Positions 1 to 9,237 are shown, numbered from the stretch's first letter. The stretch: 24,000 nt of DNA from Candidatus Thorarchaeota archaeon (GCA_003345555.1 PRDJ01000063.1:967-24966), one strand, 5' to 3'. Notes: generated by a model not told the origin, from the letters alone. Made by a program: numbers and translations.

Positions 1-273
1 AGACACCTCGGACACACGTAGATTGCTCTGGTTTTAAGCATTTGGAGCAGATTCCTCTCCAAATCGACCTTCGTTCTGCTATGAGTCGACCAAGTAATCA
101 AATCATACCGACCCCTATTGATGTCGGGATGACAGAATCACAATTCAAGAAGCCAAGCTCGGAACTGTGAGCACATACCAATTCAGCATTGAGAATGATT
201 GGCGTCAACTGTTTTCATCGTCGGCAATCTTTATCAAGTCAGAAGACCGTCTTGTCCAAAATGAGGGATTGCT

Positions 274-864
274 CTGCCAAGCTGCGAACTGTGTGGTCGA
301 GACATGAAGGGACCCGGCCGGAGTGTTATGATTGAAGGGGTCTCAATGGTTCTTTGCCCTCAATGTGCAGAACGCTTCGGAGACAGGACTGAGAGTCTAG
401 CAAAGAGCGGAAGATCCAGCAACACGACTGTTCGACCCTCTTGGCTGCCCACTGAAGAACGAAAGGCACCTACAACTCCCGCAAAGACTAGTGCCGCACG
501 CAAACCACCCGTGTTCGTGCCCTCAAAGCCCAAGCCGCCACCGAAGCGCGCAGCAACTTTAGATGAAATGATACTTGTAGAAGACTATGCAGTCGTAATA
601 CGTACGGCGAGACAAAAGGCAAAGATATCACAAGAGCAGCTTGCGCAGAAAGTTGGAGAACGCATATCAACACTCCAAGCCATAGAAGCTGGTCGTCTGA
701 AGCCTGTTGAGAAGGTCGTCAGGGGCTTGGAACGCGAGCTTGGCATTTCTCTCTTAGAACCCATTGGTACTGCGCCAATACTGCATGATCAGGATAGGGC
801 TCAGGATGGCGCAACGCTAGGCGACGTCGTGAAGGTCAAACGTAAGAAATCACAGAAGACATGA
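274..864 (+). CDS. Multiprotein bridging factor 1 (MBF1)-like transcription factor: N-terminal zinc ribbon plus cro/C1-type HTH
   Basis: The track ORF begins at 304, but the same frame extends upstream to encode LPSCELCGRD..., giving the paired zinc ribbon CELCG...CPQCAERFG. It is followed by a typical HTH (DYAVVIRTARQKAKISQEQLAQKVGERISTLQAIEAG). The in-frame stop is at 262-264. The start codon is uncertain (see findings). Confidence 0.85.
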   Translation: MPSCELCGRDMKGPGRSVMIEGVSMVLCPQCAERFGDRTESLAKSGRSSNTTVRPSWLPTEERKAPTTPAKTSAARKPPVFVPSKPKPPPKRAATLDEMILVEDYAVVIRTARQKAKISQEQLAQKVGERISTLQAIEAGRLKPVEKVVRGLERELGISLLEPIGTAPILHDQDRAQDGATLGDVVKVKRKKSQKT

Positions 865-1069
865 AAGCCCTTGAATGATGCAACGGCTGGTTTCACTCAG
901 CATCGACAATGATATTCATCTGAGTTTGGCACAAGAACCGGCACGCAGGCAGCAGCAACTTCAACACGAAGCTAATATATAGTATATGTACCATAGTAGT
1001 ATTGTACAAGGCTATTCGTGAGTAGTTTGAGTACTTCGAGTACTTCATTCAACCCGCTGATTCCTGCGT

Positions 1070-1609
1070 ATGGTGACGGCTTCGATGACACAATCAATCA
1101 ATCATGACCTGTTTCGCCTTGTGGTTGAAGAGATTGCAGGTAAGGAGGGGGTAGACGTAGCCACGGTTCTTGTGAACGCAGACGAGACTACAGATGAAGA
1201 AATAGCCACTAAGACGGACTTGAAACTCAACGTCGTGCGCAGGATTCTCTACAAACTTCATGACAATCACCTAGCTTCGTATCGAAGGATTCGTGACACA
1301 AATACAGGCTGGTTCCTATACTATTGGCGTATAGATCCAAAGAAGGCGCAGGCATTAGTTAACCACAAGAAGAGGCTCGTTCTAAGTCTCCTTGAGCAGA
1401 GACTGGAACACGAGGCAAACAACGATCTCTACGCATGCGTGAATCGTGATTCTTCTCCGGTCCCATTCGAGGAGGCCATGAATCTCTCTTTTCGATGTCC
1501 AGCGTGCAATCAACAGCTTGAGTATGTGGATAATGCAAGAGCAATTAGCTTCCTACGGAAGCGCGTGGAGGAGCTGAAGGCCGATCTCGAAGCCAGTACT
1601 TCAACATAG
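1070..1609 (+). CDS. tfe: Transcription initiation factor E subunit alpha (TFE)
   Basis: N-terminal winged helix (EEIATKTDLKLNVVRRILYKLHDNHLASYRRIRDTNTGWFLYYWRI) and C-terminal zinc ribbon segment (FRCPACNQQLEYVDN) typical of archaeal TFE. Confidence 0.9.
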   Translation: MVTASMTQSINHDLFRLVVEEIAGKEGVDVATVLVNADETTDEEIATKTDLKLNVVRRILYKLHDNHLASYRRIRDTNTGWFLYYWRIDPKKAQALVNHKKRLVLSLLEQRLEHEANNDLYACVNRDSSPVPFEEAMNLSFRCPACNQQLEYVDNARAISFLRKRVEELKADLEASTST

Positions 1610-1701
1610 AATCTAAATCATTAACAAGCCTATTTGCTAAGGAGCTTCTCGTAACCACCTGTCTATCTCTATTACAAACGCACACGCGCGGAGGCAACTC
1701 A

Positions 1702-2475
1702 TTGACACAAGTGACCCTGCCTGTCAGAGTGTACGGCCCGTACAAAGAGAGACTAGTGGATTTGCTATCTGCGGAAATCTCCGCCTTGGCGATGAATCTG
1801 AGTATCAACATCAAACGACTAGATAGAGACGAGACCGGCCTAGTCTCCGTGGAATTCGCTGGGGAGGACGAAGAGTTTCTTGCCAACGTCTTGGTGAAGG
1901 AATACGGCACTGTTCCGAAGCTACAGGACTTGGCCATTGGGACTCCTTATCGAGGCTGGCTCGTTGATGTAGGCAAAGTTGGCTACGGCATATATGTGGA
2001 CTTGGGCATACGTCGACCTCAGAAAGTGGATAGCCTTGTTCCGCTCTTTCGTATTCGCTCACAGTTCAAGGTGCAGAAGAAACCTGCTAGGGCAATTGCA
2101 GACGCATATCTTCTCGTGGACAACTTGCCCGTCACCGTACAAGTAGTAAGATTCGACATCACCGCACTTACGATCGAGGCGGAATTCTGTGAACCATTTC
2201 TGCAACGCATTGATAAATGGCTATCCGATGACCACGAGCGTCTCATTGTATTGGGTTCTAGCAGAGACATGATTGATCAAGGCCTGTCGAGATCCAAACA
2301 CACACAAGACATTTTCGCAGTTGAACAACTTGGCCGGTTTGAATACTGCCTTGTCTGCAAACGATCAACGCGCGCATCGGGTATAGTTGCAGCCATTGGC
2401 CCCTACTTGAGAGGGGTTCCCATGCACCTGTTCATTCCGCGAGAGGTTCGGGGGAAAGTTCATGCCGAGACTTGA
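1702..2475 (+). CDS. DUF2110 family archaeal protein
   Basis: 257-aa ORF directly downstream of tfe with conserved-looking segments (GTPYRGWLVDVGKVGYGIYVDLGIRRP; LPVTVQV). Its position next to tfe is typical of this archaeal family. Confidence 0.7.
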   Translation: MTQVTLPVRVYGPYKERLVDLLSAEISALAMNLSINIKRLDRDETGLVSVEFAGEDEEFLANVLVKEYGTVPKLQDLAIGTPYRGWLVDVGKVGYGIYVDLGIRRPQKVDSLVPLFRIRSQFKVQKKPARAIADAYLLVDNLPVTVQVVRFDITALTIEAEFCEPFLQRIDKWLSDDHERLIVLGSSRDMIDQGLSRSKHTQDIFAVEQLGRFEYCLVCKRSTRASGIVAAIGPYLRGVPMHLFIPREVRGKVHAET

Positions 2476-3136
2476 TGTGTGGCTCGTTGAGACGGGGCGA
2501 TTTCGGTCTAGGCAGACCGCGAAGAGAGCTATTCGCGATGGGCTCATTACAGTCAATGGAAGGTTGGCAAAGCCTTCTACTCAACTGAACGGCACGGAGT
2601 CGATTATCATTTCCGGCGCCTCAGACCTTCTGATGGGATATGACAAGCTGAGTCATCTAGATAGTCTCCTAGGAGGCAATGTGGTCAAGAGTGGTGACAT
2701 GGTACTCGACCTCGGGAGCTCGGCAGGGGGTTTCCTCGAGTACATACTGGAGAAAGGCGCTATAGCAAAGGGAATTGAGATATCTGAGCGATTCAAAGAC
2801 GGTCTTCTGCAGCTCGCCAGTACCCACCCGAACGTTTCCATAGTTATCGGAGATGCTTTCAAGATCGAACCTCTGACGCTGTTCAATGAGAGCGAGCTGG
2901 ATTTGCTCTTGGTCGACGTCACAACTGACCCTGAGGGAACGGCAGCTTTGATTGCGAAGTATTCGGAGCTATTAAAGCACGGGGGCCGTCTAATCGCGGC
3001 TTTCAAGTCAAGACTGACGCCTTCCATAGCTACTGTTCTGACGGACCGGGTTTCTGCGTTAGGGTACACTGATGTAAGCGCCATAACTCTCGATGACTCT
3101 CGTCAAGAGTTTCACGTTGCAGGAGTACGCCTGTGA
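2462..3136 (+). CDS. S4-domain plus FtsJ/TlyA-like SAM-dependent methyltransferase, probable rRNA 2'-O-methyltransferase
   Basis: S4-like N-terminus (RLDVWLVETGRFRSRQTAKRAIRDGLITVNGRLAKPSTQL) followed by a methyltransferase motif I (MVLDLGSSAGGFLEYIL). Overlaps the DUF2110 gene by 14 nt. Confidence 0.75.
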   Translation: MPRLDVWLVETGRFRSRQTAKRAIRDGLITVNGRLAKPSTQLNGTESIIISGASDLLMGYDKLSHLDSLLGGNVVKSGDMVLDLGSSAGGFLEYILEKGAIAKGIEISERFKDGLLQLASTHPNVSIVIGDAFKIEPLTLFNESELDLLLVDVTTDPEGTAALIAKYSELLKHGGRLIAAFKSRLTPSIATVLTDRVSALGYTDVSAITLDDSRQEFHVAGVRL

Positions 3137-3224
3137 ATGCTATCAAGTAGCAATGAGAGCGACGATTCTCAGAGATTGTCTTCTCACAACGTTTTTAATC
3201 ACAATCCCGCGAGGACTGCCTTAC

Positions 3225-3338
3225 GGGGCGGTAGTCTAGCCCGGCCATGATGACTCGCTTACACCGAGTAAGCGGTGACTCGTTAATAGTAAGTCATCGC
3301 CTCGAGGGTCACGAGTTCAAGTCTCGTCCGCCCCACCA
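3225..3338 (+). tRNA. tRNA-Val(UAC) with non-canonical intron 3271..3306 (36 nt) at about 44/45; CCA encoded
   Basis: GGGGCGG acceptor pairs with CCGCCCC; D-arm GTCTAGCCCGGCCATGAT; anticodon arm ACTCG-CTTACAC-CGAGT; T arm ACGAG-TTCAAGT-CTCGT; A73-CCA. The intron folds as BHB: central helix CGAG/CTCG, bulges TA^A and AG^G, inner helix GCGGTGACT/AGTCATCGC. Confidence 0.93.
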
Positions 3339-3419
3339 TGAACACACAATATCTCTCTTCTTTACCCTAAGATTATAACAGGGTTTCTTTCAGTCATTGA
3401 ATGGCCACCAATCTACAGT

Positions 3420-3538
3420 GCGGGAGTTGCCAAGTCTGGTCAAAGGCGGCGGACTTAAGATCACGAAATCACGGGGTCATCCGATAGGACATCCGCCCTC
3501 GTAGGAGTTCGTGGGTTCGAACCCCACCTCCCGCACCA
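3420..3538 (+). tRNA. tRNA-Leu(UAA) with canonical 37/38 intron 3460..3490 (31 nt); CCA encoded
   Basis: GCGGGAG/CTCCCGC acceptor; anticodon stem GCGGA/TCCGC; loop CTTAAG^A; class II variable arm CTCGTAGGAG; T arm GTGGG-TTCGAAC-CCCAC. BHB central helix CTTA/TAGG. Confidence 0.92.
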
Positions 3539-3583
3539 TTATCATTCTGGCTGATCCTGGCCGGATAGAGTTATCATTACGTT

Positions 3584-4930
3584 GTGTCGCGAGTACCTGT
3601 CGTGACATCGATGGGATACAAGACTCTCAAGTTTCCAAAGGGGTTTCTCTGGGGTTCTGCGGCTTCAGCTCATCAGACCGAAGGCGGCAATCACAACGAT
3701 TGGACAGAATGGGAAAGAATACCGGGCAAGATCAAGGATGGCACCAATTCAAGTGTGGCTTGCGACCATTATCATCGTTACGAAGAGGATTTCGATTTAG
3801 CAAAAGAGCTAGGCCATCAAGTCCACCGCTTTTCCGTTGAATGGAGCAGGATAGAACCGGACCGAGGGAAGTGGGATGAACGCGAGGTCGACCACTATCG
3901 TGCAGTGACAAAGACACTTGTACAACGTGGCATCCAACCAATGGTAACCCTTCACCATTTCACTAATCCCATCTGGTTTCGTGATGCTGGCGCTTGGCTC
4001 AATCCGAAAAGCCCTGACATGTTCGCTCCATATTGTCGCAAAATTGCCAAGGCGCTATCAGAATACGATGTAATATGGAACATCATAAATGAGCCCATGA
4101 ATGTCGTAGGAGGAGGCTATCTATTGGGAGAATTTCCTCCGGGTGAACACGACTATGGTAAGGCGCTTGTTGCAGCCAAGCATCTGCTAATGGCTCATGG
4201 ACTGGCTGCCAAGGGTATTCGTGAGACCTATGATGACCTAGGTCTGCACCAGCCTCAGATTGCTCCCGTTCAAGTCGTAACATACATTGAACCATATGAT
4301 CGGAGTAACGGTAGTGATGTTGAATTGGCTGAGTACGTGGACTCTCTTTACAATCAGATGTGGCTCCAAGGCGTTATGACAGCATCTATCCCCGAACCAG
4401 CAGGTGACGGCAGTCAGTACGAACCCCTAGAGAACTCTGCTGACTTCATTGGCGTAAACTACTACAGTCGCATGCGCGTTTCATCCAAGCTGGATTTCAT
4501 GGCCGGAGAAATGCCGCCCAAAGATGACAGTCTGGAGAGATGTGAAGGACTCGATTGGGAGGTCTACCCGCAAGGTTACTATCCGGTAATCAAGTCGTAC
4601 TGGGATAGGTGGCGAAAACCGCTTTTCATGACCGAGAATGGTATAGGAACTCTTGACGACCGGCTCCGATGCAGGTATATCCTAACCCATCTCCAACAAG
4701 TGCATCGGGCAATCCAAGACGGAGTAGACATTCGAGGCTACCTAGTGTGGAGTCTAACTGATAACTTTGAATGGACTGACGGACTGAGTAGTCACTTCGG
4801 CCTGATTGGAATGGACTACTCAACTCTAAAACGCACACCAAGAGAAAGCGCCTACATGTATCGTGAGATCATCCAGAAGAACGGAATAAGCGGGTCTCTA
4901 CAACAGAAGTACCTAGGCCGACATTCATAA
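3584..4930 (+). CDS. Glycoside hydrolase family 1 beta-glycosidase (likely start is ATG near 3611)
   Basis: FPKGFLWGSAASAHQTEGG N-terminal GH1 signature; acid/base motif WNIINEPM; nucleophile motif PLFMTENGIG; C-terminal GYLVWSLTDNFEWTDGLSSHFGLI. Confidence 0.93.
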   Translation: MSRVPVVTSMGYKTLKFPKGFLWGSAASAHQTEGGNHNDWTEWERIPGKIKDGTNSSVACDHYHRYEEDFDLAKELGHQVHRFSVEWSRIEPDRGKWDEREVDHYRAVTKTLVQRGIQPMVTLHHFTNPIWFRDAGAWLNPKSPDMFAPYCRKIAKALSEYDVIWNIINEPMNVVGGGYLLGEFPPGEHDYGKALVAAKHLLMAHGLAAKGIRETYDDLGLHQPQIAPVQVVTYIEPYDRSNGSDVELAEYVDSLYNQMWLQGVMTASIPEPAGDGSQYEPLENSADFIGVNYYSRMRVSSKLDFMAGEMPPKDDSLERCEGLDWEVYPQGYYPVIKSYWDRWRKPLFMTENGIGTLDDRLRCRYILTHLQQVHRAIQDGVDIRGYLVWSLTDNFEWTDGLSSHFGLIGMDYSTLKRTPRESAYMYREIIQKNGISGSLQQKYLGRHS

Positions 4931-4970
4931 GGCCGCCCATTCGGCAGTTCACTCCGTCATTCTCCTATGT

Positions 4971-5549
4971 GTGGAATCCACAAACATGCTAATTGAAGCA
5001 CTGATATCTTCTATGGGTGTTGTTTTTCTGGCCGAGCTTGGTGACAAGACCATGCTTGCGACCATTTGCTTTAGTGCACAGTGCAGGAAACCATTACTGG
5101 TTCTCGTTGCTTCAATGCTGGCATTGACATGTGCCACTGTGTTAGCAGTCGTCGCTGGAACAGTTCTAGCGGCCGCTTTACCATTGCAGCTGATAATCTA
5201 TCTGTCTGCTATTATCTTCCTCAGCATGAGTGTCTATACACTTGTCGAAATCGACAGTGGAACTGGAGATACGAACAAGATCACAGGCACGTTCCTTAGC
5301 ATGGCATCGCTGGTCTTTGTTTCGGAGTTAGGAGACAAGACTCAGCTTGCTTGCCTGGCACTTGCGGCAGAGAGTCCTTATCCCGTTGCTATATTCATAG
5401 GAGCCATTGCTGGATTCTTTGCTGCAAATAGTATAGCCGCAGTTGCTGGGCACAGGCTCGCAGGTTCCATTCCAATCCGCGTGATTAGAGGTGCAACTGC
5501 TACAGTCTTCATCATCATAGGCACTCTTGTTCTGCTGGGTGTCTTGTAG
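4971..5549 (+). CDS. GDT1/TMEM165 (UPF0016) family membrane transporter, probable cation/H+ exchanger
   Basis: Two copies of the family hallmark: AELGDKTMLATI and SELGDKTQLACLAL, each within hydrophobic segments. Confidence 0.92.
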   Translation: MESTNMLIEALISSMGVVFLAELGDKTMLATICFSAQCRKPLLVLVASMLALTCATVLAVVAGTVLAAALPLQLIIYLSAIIFLSMSVYTLVEIDSGTGDTNKITGTFLSMASLVFVSELGDKTQLACLALAAESPYPVAIFIGAIAGFFAANSIAAVAGHRLAGSIPIRVIRGATATVFIIIGTLVLLGVL

Positions 5550-5661
5550 GTGAATAGCTTCCCTCCAGACGTATTTCAGGCAATCATGAAGTGACGACTC
5601 AAGAGCGAAGGTTTATGACTGCCGCAGAAGCTCAAGCGTCAAGAATGAAGGTGAGGCAGCA

Positions 5662-7014
5662 TTGAGCCTGCAGGATTCCGGATATAGAGGTCTAGTTCTT
5701 AGAAAACTCGAAGAAGCCAACGCTCAGCTCGGAGACAGAATCAGGATTTCACTGAAAGATGGGGAAGTGACCGGCATACTCATGCCTCGTGCTCAAATCG
5801 GAGCCGACCCGGACCATGCGGTAATCAAGATGGACAATGGGTATAACATTGGAGTTCGCATTGACGCTCAGGTAACGGTTAGCTTGGTTCAGAAAGCCGG
5901 GGCAGGAAAGCGTCCAAGTTCAAGGGCCACCGCTGTTGAGACGCCAGGCCTTCCAAGCGTGGCTATATTGAGTACCGGGGGGACCATCGCAAGTAGAGTT
6001 GACTACCGGACTGGTGCTGTTAATCCGGCACTCACTGCAGAGGACTTGTATGACACAGTCCCGGAACTGAAAGAGCACGCCAACGTTCGTGCCAAAGTAA
6101 TCATGAGCGTCCTTTCTGAGAACATTCATCCTAAAGACTGGACAACAATCGCAGGGGCTGTAGCCTTAGAAATCAGGCGAGGTGCTGATGGAGTAGTGAT
6201 ACCACACGGCACAGATACGCTTGGAGTGACCTCCGCAGCTATGGCATTCGCACTCCAGGAATTGCCCGTACCCGTAGTATTGGTGGGTTCTCAAAGGTCA
6301 TCTGACAGGCCTTCGTCTGACGCGGCATTGAACCTCATAGGCGCAACAGAGATTGCATGTAAGGCTAATGCGGCTGAAGTCATGCTAGCTATGCACGGGG
6401 AACCTAGTGATAGCTTCATTCTTGCCCACAGGGGAACGCGTGTCCGCAAGTGTCATACAAGCAGACGAGACGCTTTTCAATCAGTGAACTGCTCCCCTAT
6501 CTTTAGGTATGATTCTGCGGGAATCACAGAGATCTCATCTCCAATCAGTCGTCGTGACACCACGAGGAAAATTCGTCTGAAGCCCGACTTTGACGACAAA
6601 GTCGTGCTCATCAAGACCTATCCGGGCATTAGTGAAGGCATGATAGACATGATCGTTGATGCCAAATACCGAGGATTGGTAATAGAGGGCACAGGCCTTG
6701 GTCATGCACCCGAACGAATTCATTCGTCCATAAGAAGGGCAATTGATGCTGGCGTCATTGTGGCCATGACGAGCCAATGCATCTGGGGGAGAGTTAACAT
6801 GAACGTGTATCGTCCGGGTGTTGAACTGCTACAGATGGGTGTAATACCCTGCGAAGACATGCTACCTGAAACAGCACTAGTCAAACTGATGTGGCTTCTG
6901 GCGAACAAGAAGGAAACCGATGAAGTTAGGACCGCGATGACCCAGAGCATTGTTGGAGAGATTGGAACCAGGACCGAGTTATCCGCAGGGGCTGGCCGTA
7001 AGGAGGGCGAATGA
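5662..7014 (+). CDS. gatD: Glutamyl-tRNA(Gln) amidotransferase subunit D
   Basis: L-asparaginase-like signatures (VAILSTGGTIASRVDYRTGAV; VIPHGTDTLGVTSAAMAF) with the GatD N-terminal domain. TTG start preceded by AAGGTGAGG. Immediately upstream of gatE. Confidence 0.93.
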   Translation: MSLQDSGYRGLVLRKLEEANAQLGDRIRISLKDGEVTGILMPRAQIGADPDHAVIKMDNGYNIGVRIDAQVTVSLVQKAGAGKRPSSRATAVETPGLPSVAILSTGGTIASRVDYRTGAVNPALTAEDLYDTVPELKEHANVRAKVIMSVLSENIHPKDWTTIAGAVALEIRRGADGVVIPHGTDTLGVTSAAMAFALQELPVPVVLVGSQRSSDRPSSDAALNLIGATEIACKANAAEVMLAMHGEPSDSFILAHRGTRVRKCHTSRRDAFQSVNCSPIFRYDSAGITEISSPISRRDTTRKIRLKPDFDDKVVLIKTYPGISEGMIDMIVDAKYRGLVIEGTGLGHAPERIHSSIRRAIDAGVIVAMTSQCIWGRVNMNVYRPGVELLQMGVIPCEDMLPETALVKLMWLLANKKETDEVRTAMTQSIVGEIGTRTELSAGAGRKEGE

Positions 7015-7015
7015 G

Positions 7016-8932
7016 CTGGAGTCTCAAGAGCATTACAGGGCAATTGAATTGAAAATTGGCCTCGAGCTGCATCAGCAACTCGATAGTAGCCGGAAGCTGT
7101 TCTGCCACTGTGCTCCGGTCGTTCGAGAAGATGAGCCAGATGGACGTTTCATCAGACGTCTCAGACCGACAACGAGTGAAATGGGCCAGGTTGATCCTGC
7201 AGCATTGTTTGAATTCCAGAAGCAGAAGAGCTTCTATTACGAGTATTACGACGACACTACCTGCCTCGTTGAAGCCGACGAGGAGCCTCCTCATGACCTC
7301 AACCCTGAGGCTATTGACATATGTTTGACAATCGCTGCTATTCTCAAATCGACTCCAGTCCACGAAATCCACGCTATGAGAAAGATTGTGATAGATGGTA
7401 GCAATACGGCCGGCTTTCAGCGGACTGCCATAGTCGCGAATGGTGGCAGCATTCAGGTGGGAGGAAAGACAGTCGGCATCCAGATGATTGGTCTTGAAGA
7501 GGATGCCGCGAGGAAGATTGCTGATGACGATGAAAAGAACGCCAGAATATACCGTCTTGATCGACTTGGTATTCCCCTAGTTGAAATCGCGACGGCTCCT
7601 GACATTAGCTCACCGAAAGAAGCTCAGGAGGTTGCTCAAGCCATCGGCTTGCTCCTCCGGTCCACTGGTAGGGTGAAGCGCGGTCTGGGCACAATCAGGC
7701 AAGATGTCAACATATCAATTGAAGGCGGACGAGTTGTCGAAATCAAGGGGTTCCAGCAGCTTGACCTGATCAGCAGGCTTGTCGAGCTTGAGGTCCAGAG
7801 ACAAGAAGGTCTCACGGGAATACGTGACGTGCTTCTGCAAAGAGGTGTCACCCCAAACATGTTTCAACAGACACCTCAGGACATCACCGTACTCCTTGCG
7901 AATTCCGGATCCAAGCTCATTAGAGGTGCGCTCGAATCCGGCGGTGTGGTTCTTGGAGTGAAGCTTCCCGGATTTGCTGGCTTGGTTGGACAGGAATTGC
8001 AGCCAGGGCGAAGACTTGGCACCGAGCTGTCGGACTACGCGAAATTCTGGGGCGGAGTTGGAGGTATTTTCCACACAGATGAGCTGCCCAAGTACGGAAT
8101 CACATCTTCCGATGTTGCGAAGATGCGGGAATCTCTGAATGCCGATGACATGGACGCAGTGGTCATAGTCGCTGCTTCGAAGAGGAACTGCGAAGATGCT
8201 CTCCACGCTGTTCTGGATAGGGCTCGTGCCGCATTAGAGGGAGTGATTTCCGAGACACGAACACCCCTACCGGATGCGTCGTCAAAGTACGCTCGGCCCC
8301 GGCCTGGCGCACAAAGGATGTATCCCGAGACCGATGTGCGGCCCGTTAAGGTCACTGTAGCACATCTCAAGACAATCGCCCGAAACATGCCCGAGACCTT
8401 GGAGAGCAAAGAAGAACGATTCGTGAAGGAGTATTCTCTTAGTAGAGAGATGGCATCACAAGTGACCCGGTCTTTGAATCTCGACCTCTTCGAGAAGATT
8501 GTCAAGGTCTCTTCTGTTGCTCCTAAGCTGGTTGCTACAACGTTAGAGAACACAATGGTGCGTCTTCAGAGGGACGGAGTCGCTGTTGATAGCCTAGATG
8601 AAAGGCATCTGCTGTCGGTCTTCCAAGCGGTATCAGAGGGCAAGTTAACACCCGAAGGAATCCCTACACTGCTAACGGGACTCGCCAGTAATCCCAATCG
8701 TGAAGTAGAGGAGCTGCTTGCAGCCACTCGAACTGGTACGATGAGTCACGACGAGGCGCAATCGATCATCCACCGCATAGTGGACGACCGTCGCGATTTC
8801 ATACGGGAACATGGTGAGGACTCAATTAGCGGTCTCATGGGTATTGCAATGAAGGAAATCCGAGGGCGTCTTGACGGAAAGGCGGTCAAAGAGCTACTTT
8901 CTGCCGAGGTCAAGCAAGTCCTCAAGGAGTAG
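7016..8932 (+). CDS. gatE: Glutamyl-tRNA(Gln) amidotransferase subunit E (track ORF starts at 6950; biological start probably about 7016)
   Basis: LKIGLELHQQLDSSRKLFCHC, GatB/E core (VGGKTVGIQMIGLEEDAARK) and GatB/Yqey C-terminal domain (MSGLMGIAMKEIRGRLDGKAVKELL-like). Confidence 0.92.
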   Translation: MESQEHYRAIELKIGLELHQQLDSSRKLFCHCAPVVREDEPDGRFIRRLRPTTSEMGQVDPAALFEFQKQKSFYYEYYDDTTCLVEADEEPPHDLNPEAIDICLTIAAILKSTPVHEIHAMRKIVIDGSNTAGFQRTAIVANGGSIQVGGKTVGIQMIGLEEDAARKIADDDEKNARIYRLDRLGIPLVEIATAPDISSPKEAQEVAQAIGLLLRSTGRVKRGLGTIRQDVNISIEGGRVVEIKGFQQLDLISRLVELEVQRQEGLTGIRDVLLQRGVTPNMFQQTPQDITVLLANSGSKLIRGALESGGVVLGVKLPGFAGLVGQELQPGRRLGTELSDYAKFWGGVGGIFHTDELPKYGITSSDVAKMRESLNADDMDAVVIVAASKRNCEDALHAVLDRARAALEGVISETRTPLPDASSKYARPRPGAQRMYPETDVRPVKVTVAHLKTIARNMPETLESKEERFVKEYSLSREMASQVTRSLNLDLFEKIVKVSSVAPKLVATTLENTMVRLQRDGVAVDSLDERHLLSVFQAVSEGKLTPEGIPTLLTGLASNPNREVEELLAATRTGTMSHDEAQSIIHRIVDDRRDFIREHGEDSISGLMGIAMKEIRGRLDGKAVKELLSAEVKQVLKE

Positions 8933-9097
8933 GCGTCGTTTACTGACAAGGATCGGCGACACGATTCCTCACCTACTCACTCGTGCACGTGCTTAGAAGA
9001 ACCCAGAGTCATTCATATTATCGCAGACTCCTGTCCTTCCAGCTAGATTTAATAATGAATCACAGATGCTTGCCGAGCCAACCAAGCGAAAAGCCAT

Positions 9098-9237
9098 GCC
9101 GCAGTGGCCTAGTTGGCTAGGGCGCGAGACTCATAATCTCCTCGAACTCGTCGGGGTACACATGGGGTCACAAGGTCTCGACCCAAACCAGATAAGCGAT
9201 CTCGAAGTCGGGGGCTCGAATCCCCCCTGCGGCACCA
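9098..9237 (+). tRNA. tRNA-Met(CAU, elongator-like) with canonical 37/38 intron 9136..9198 (63 nt); CCA encoded
   Basis: GCCGCAG/CTGCGGC acceptor; D-arm GCCTAGTTGGCTAGGGC; anticodon stem CGAGA/TCTCG; loop CTCATA^A; T arm GGGGG-CTCGAAT-CCCCC. The BHB is relaxed: CTCA/TAAG with one mismatch, inner TCT/AGA. Confidence 0.88.

Noticed and set aside
3225-3338. Interpretation as a class II tRNA with a long variable arm, or a tRNA-Leu(UAA) reading from the GTTAATAG segment
   Set aside because: The acceptor and D-arm fit tRNA-Val, and the BHB-defined intron removal gives a perfect class I tRNA with a 5-nt variable loop.
3511-3840. 109-aa ORF starting MGSNPTSRTI
   Set aside because: Begins in the T-arm/acceptor of tRNA-Leu and runs out of frame through the GH1 gene.
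8035-8553. 172-aa minus-strand ORF
   Set aside because: Fully antisense to the well-supported gatE and lacks recognisable motifs.
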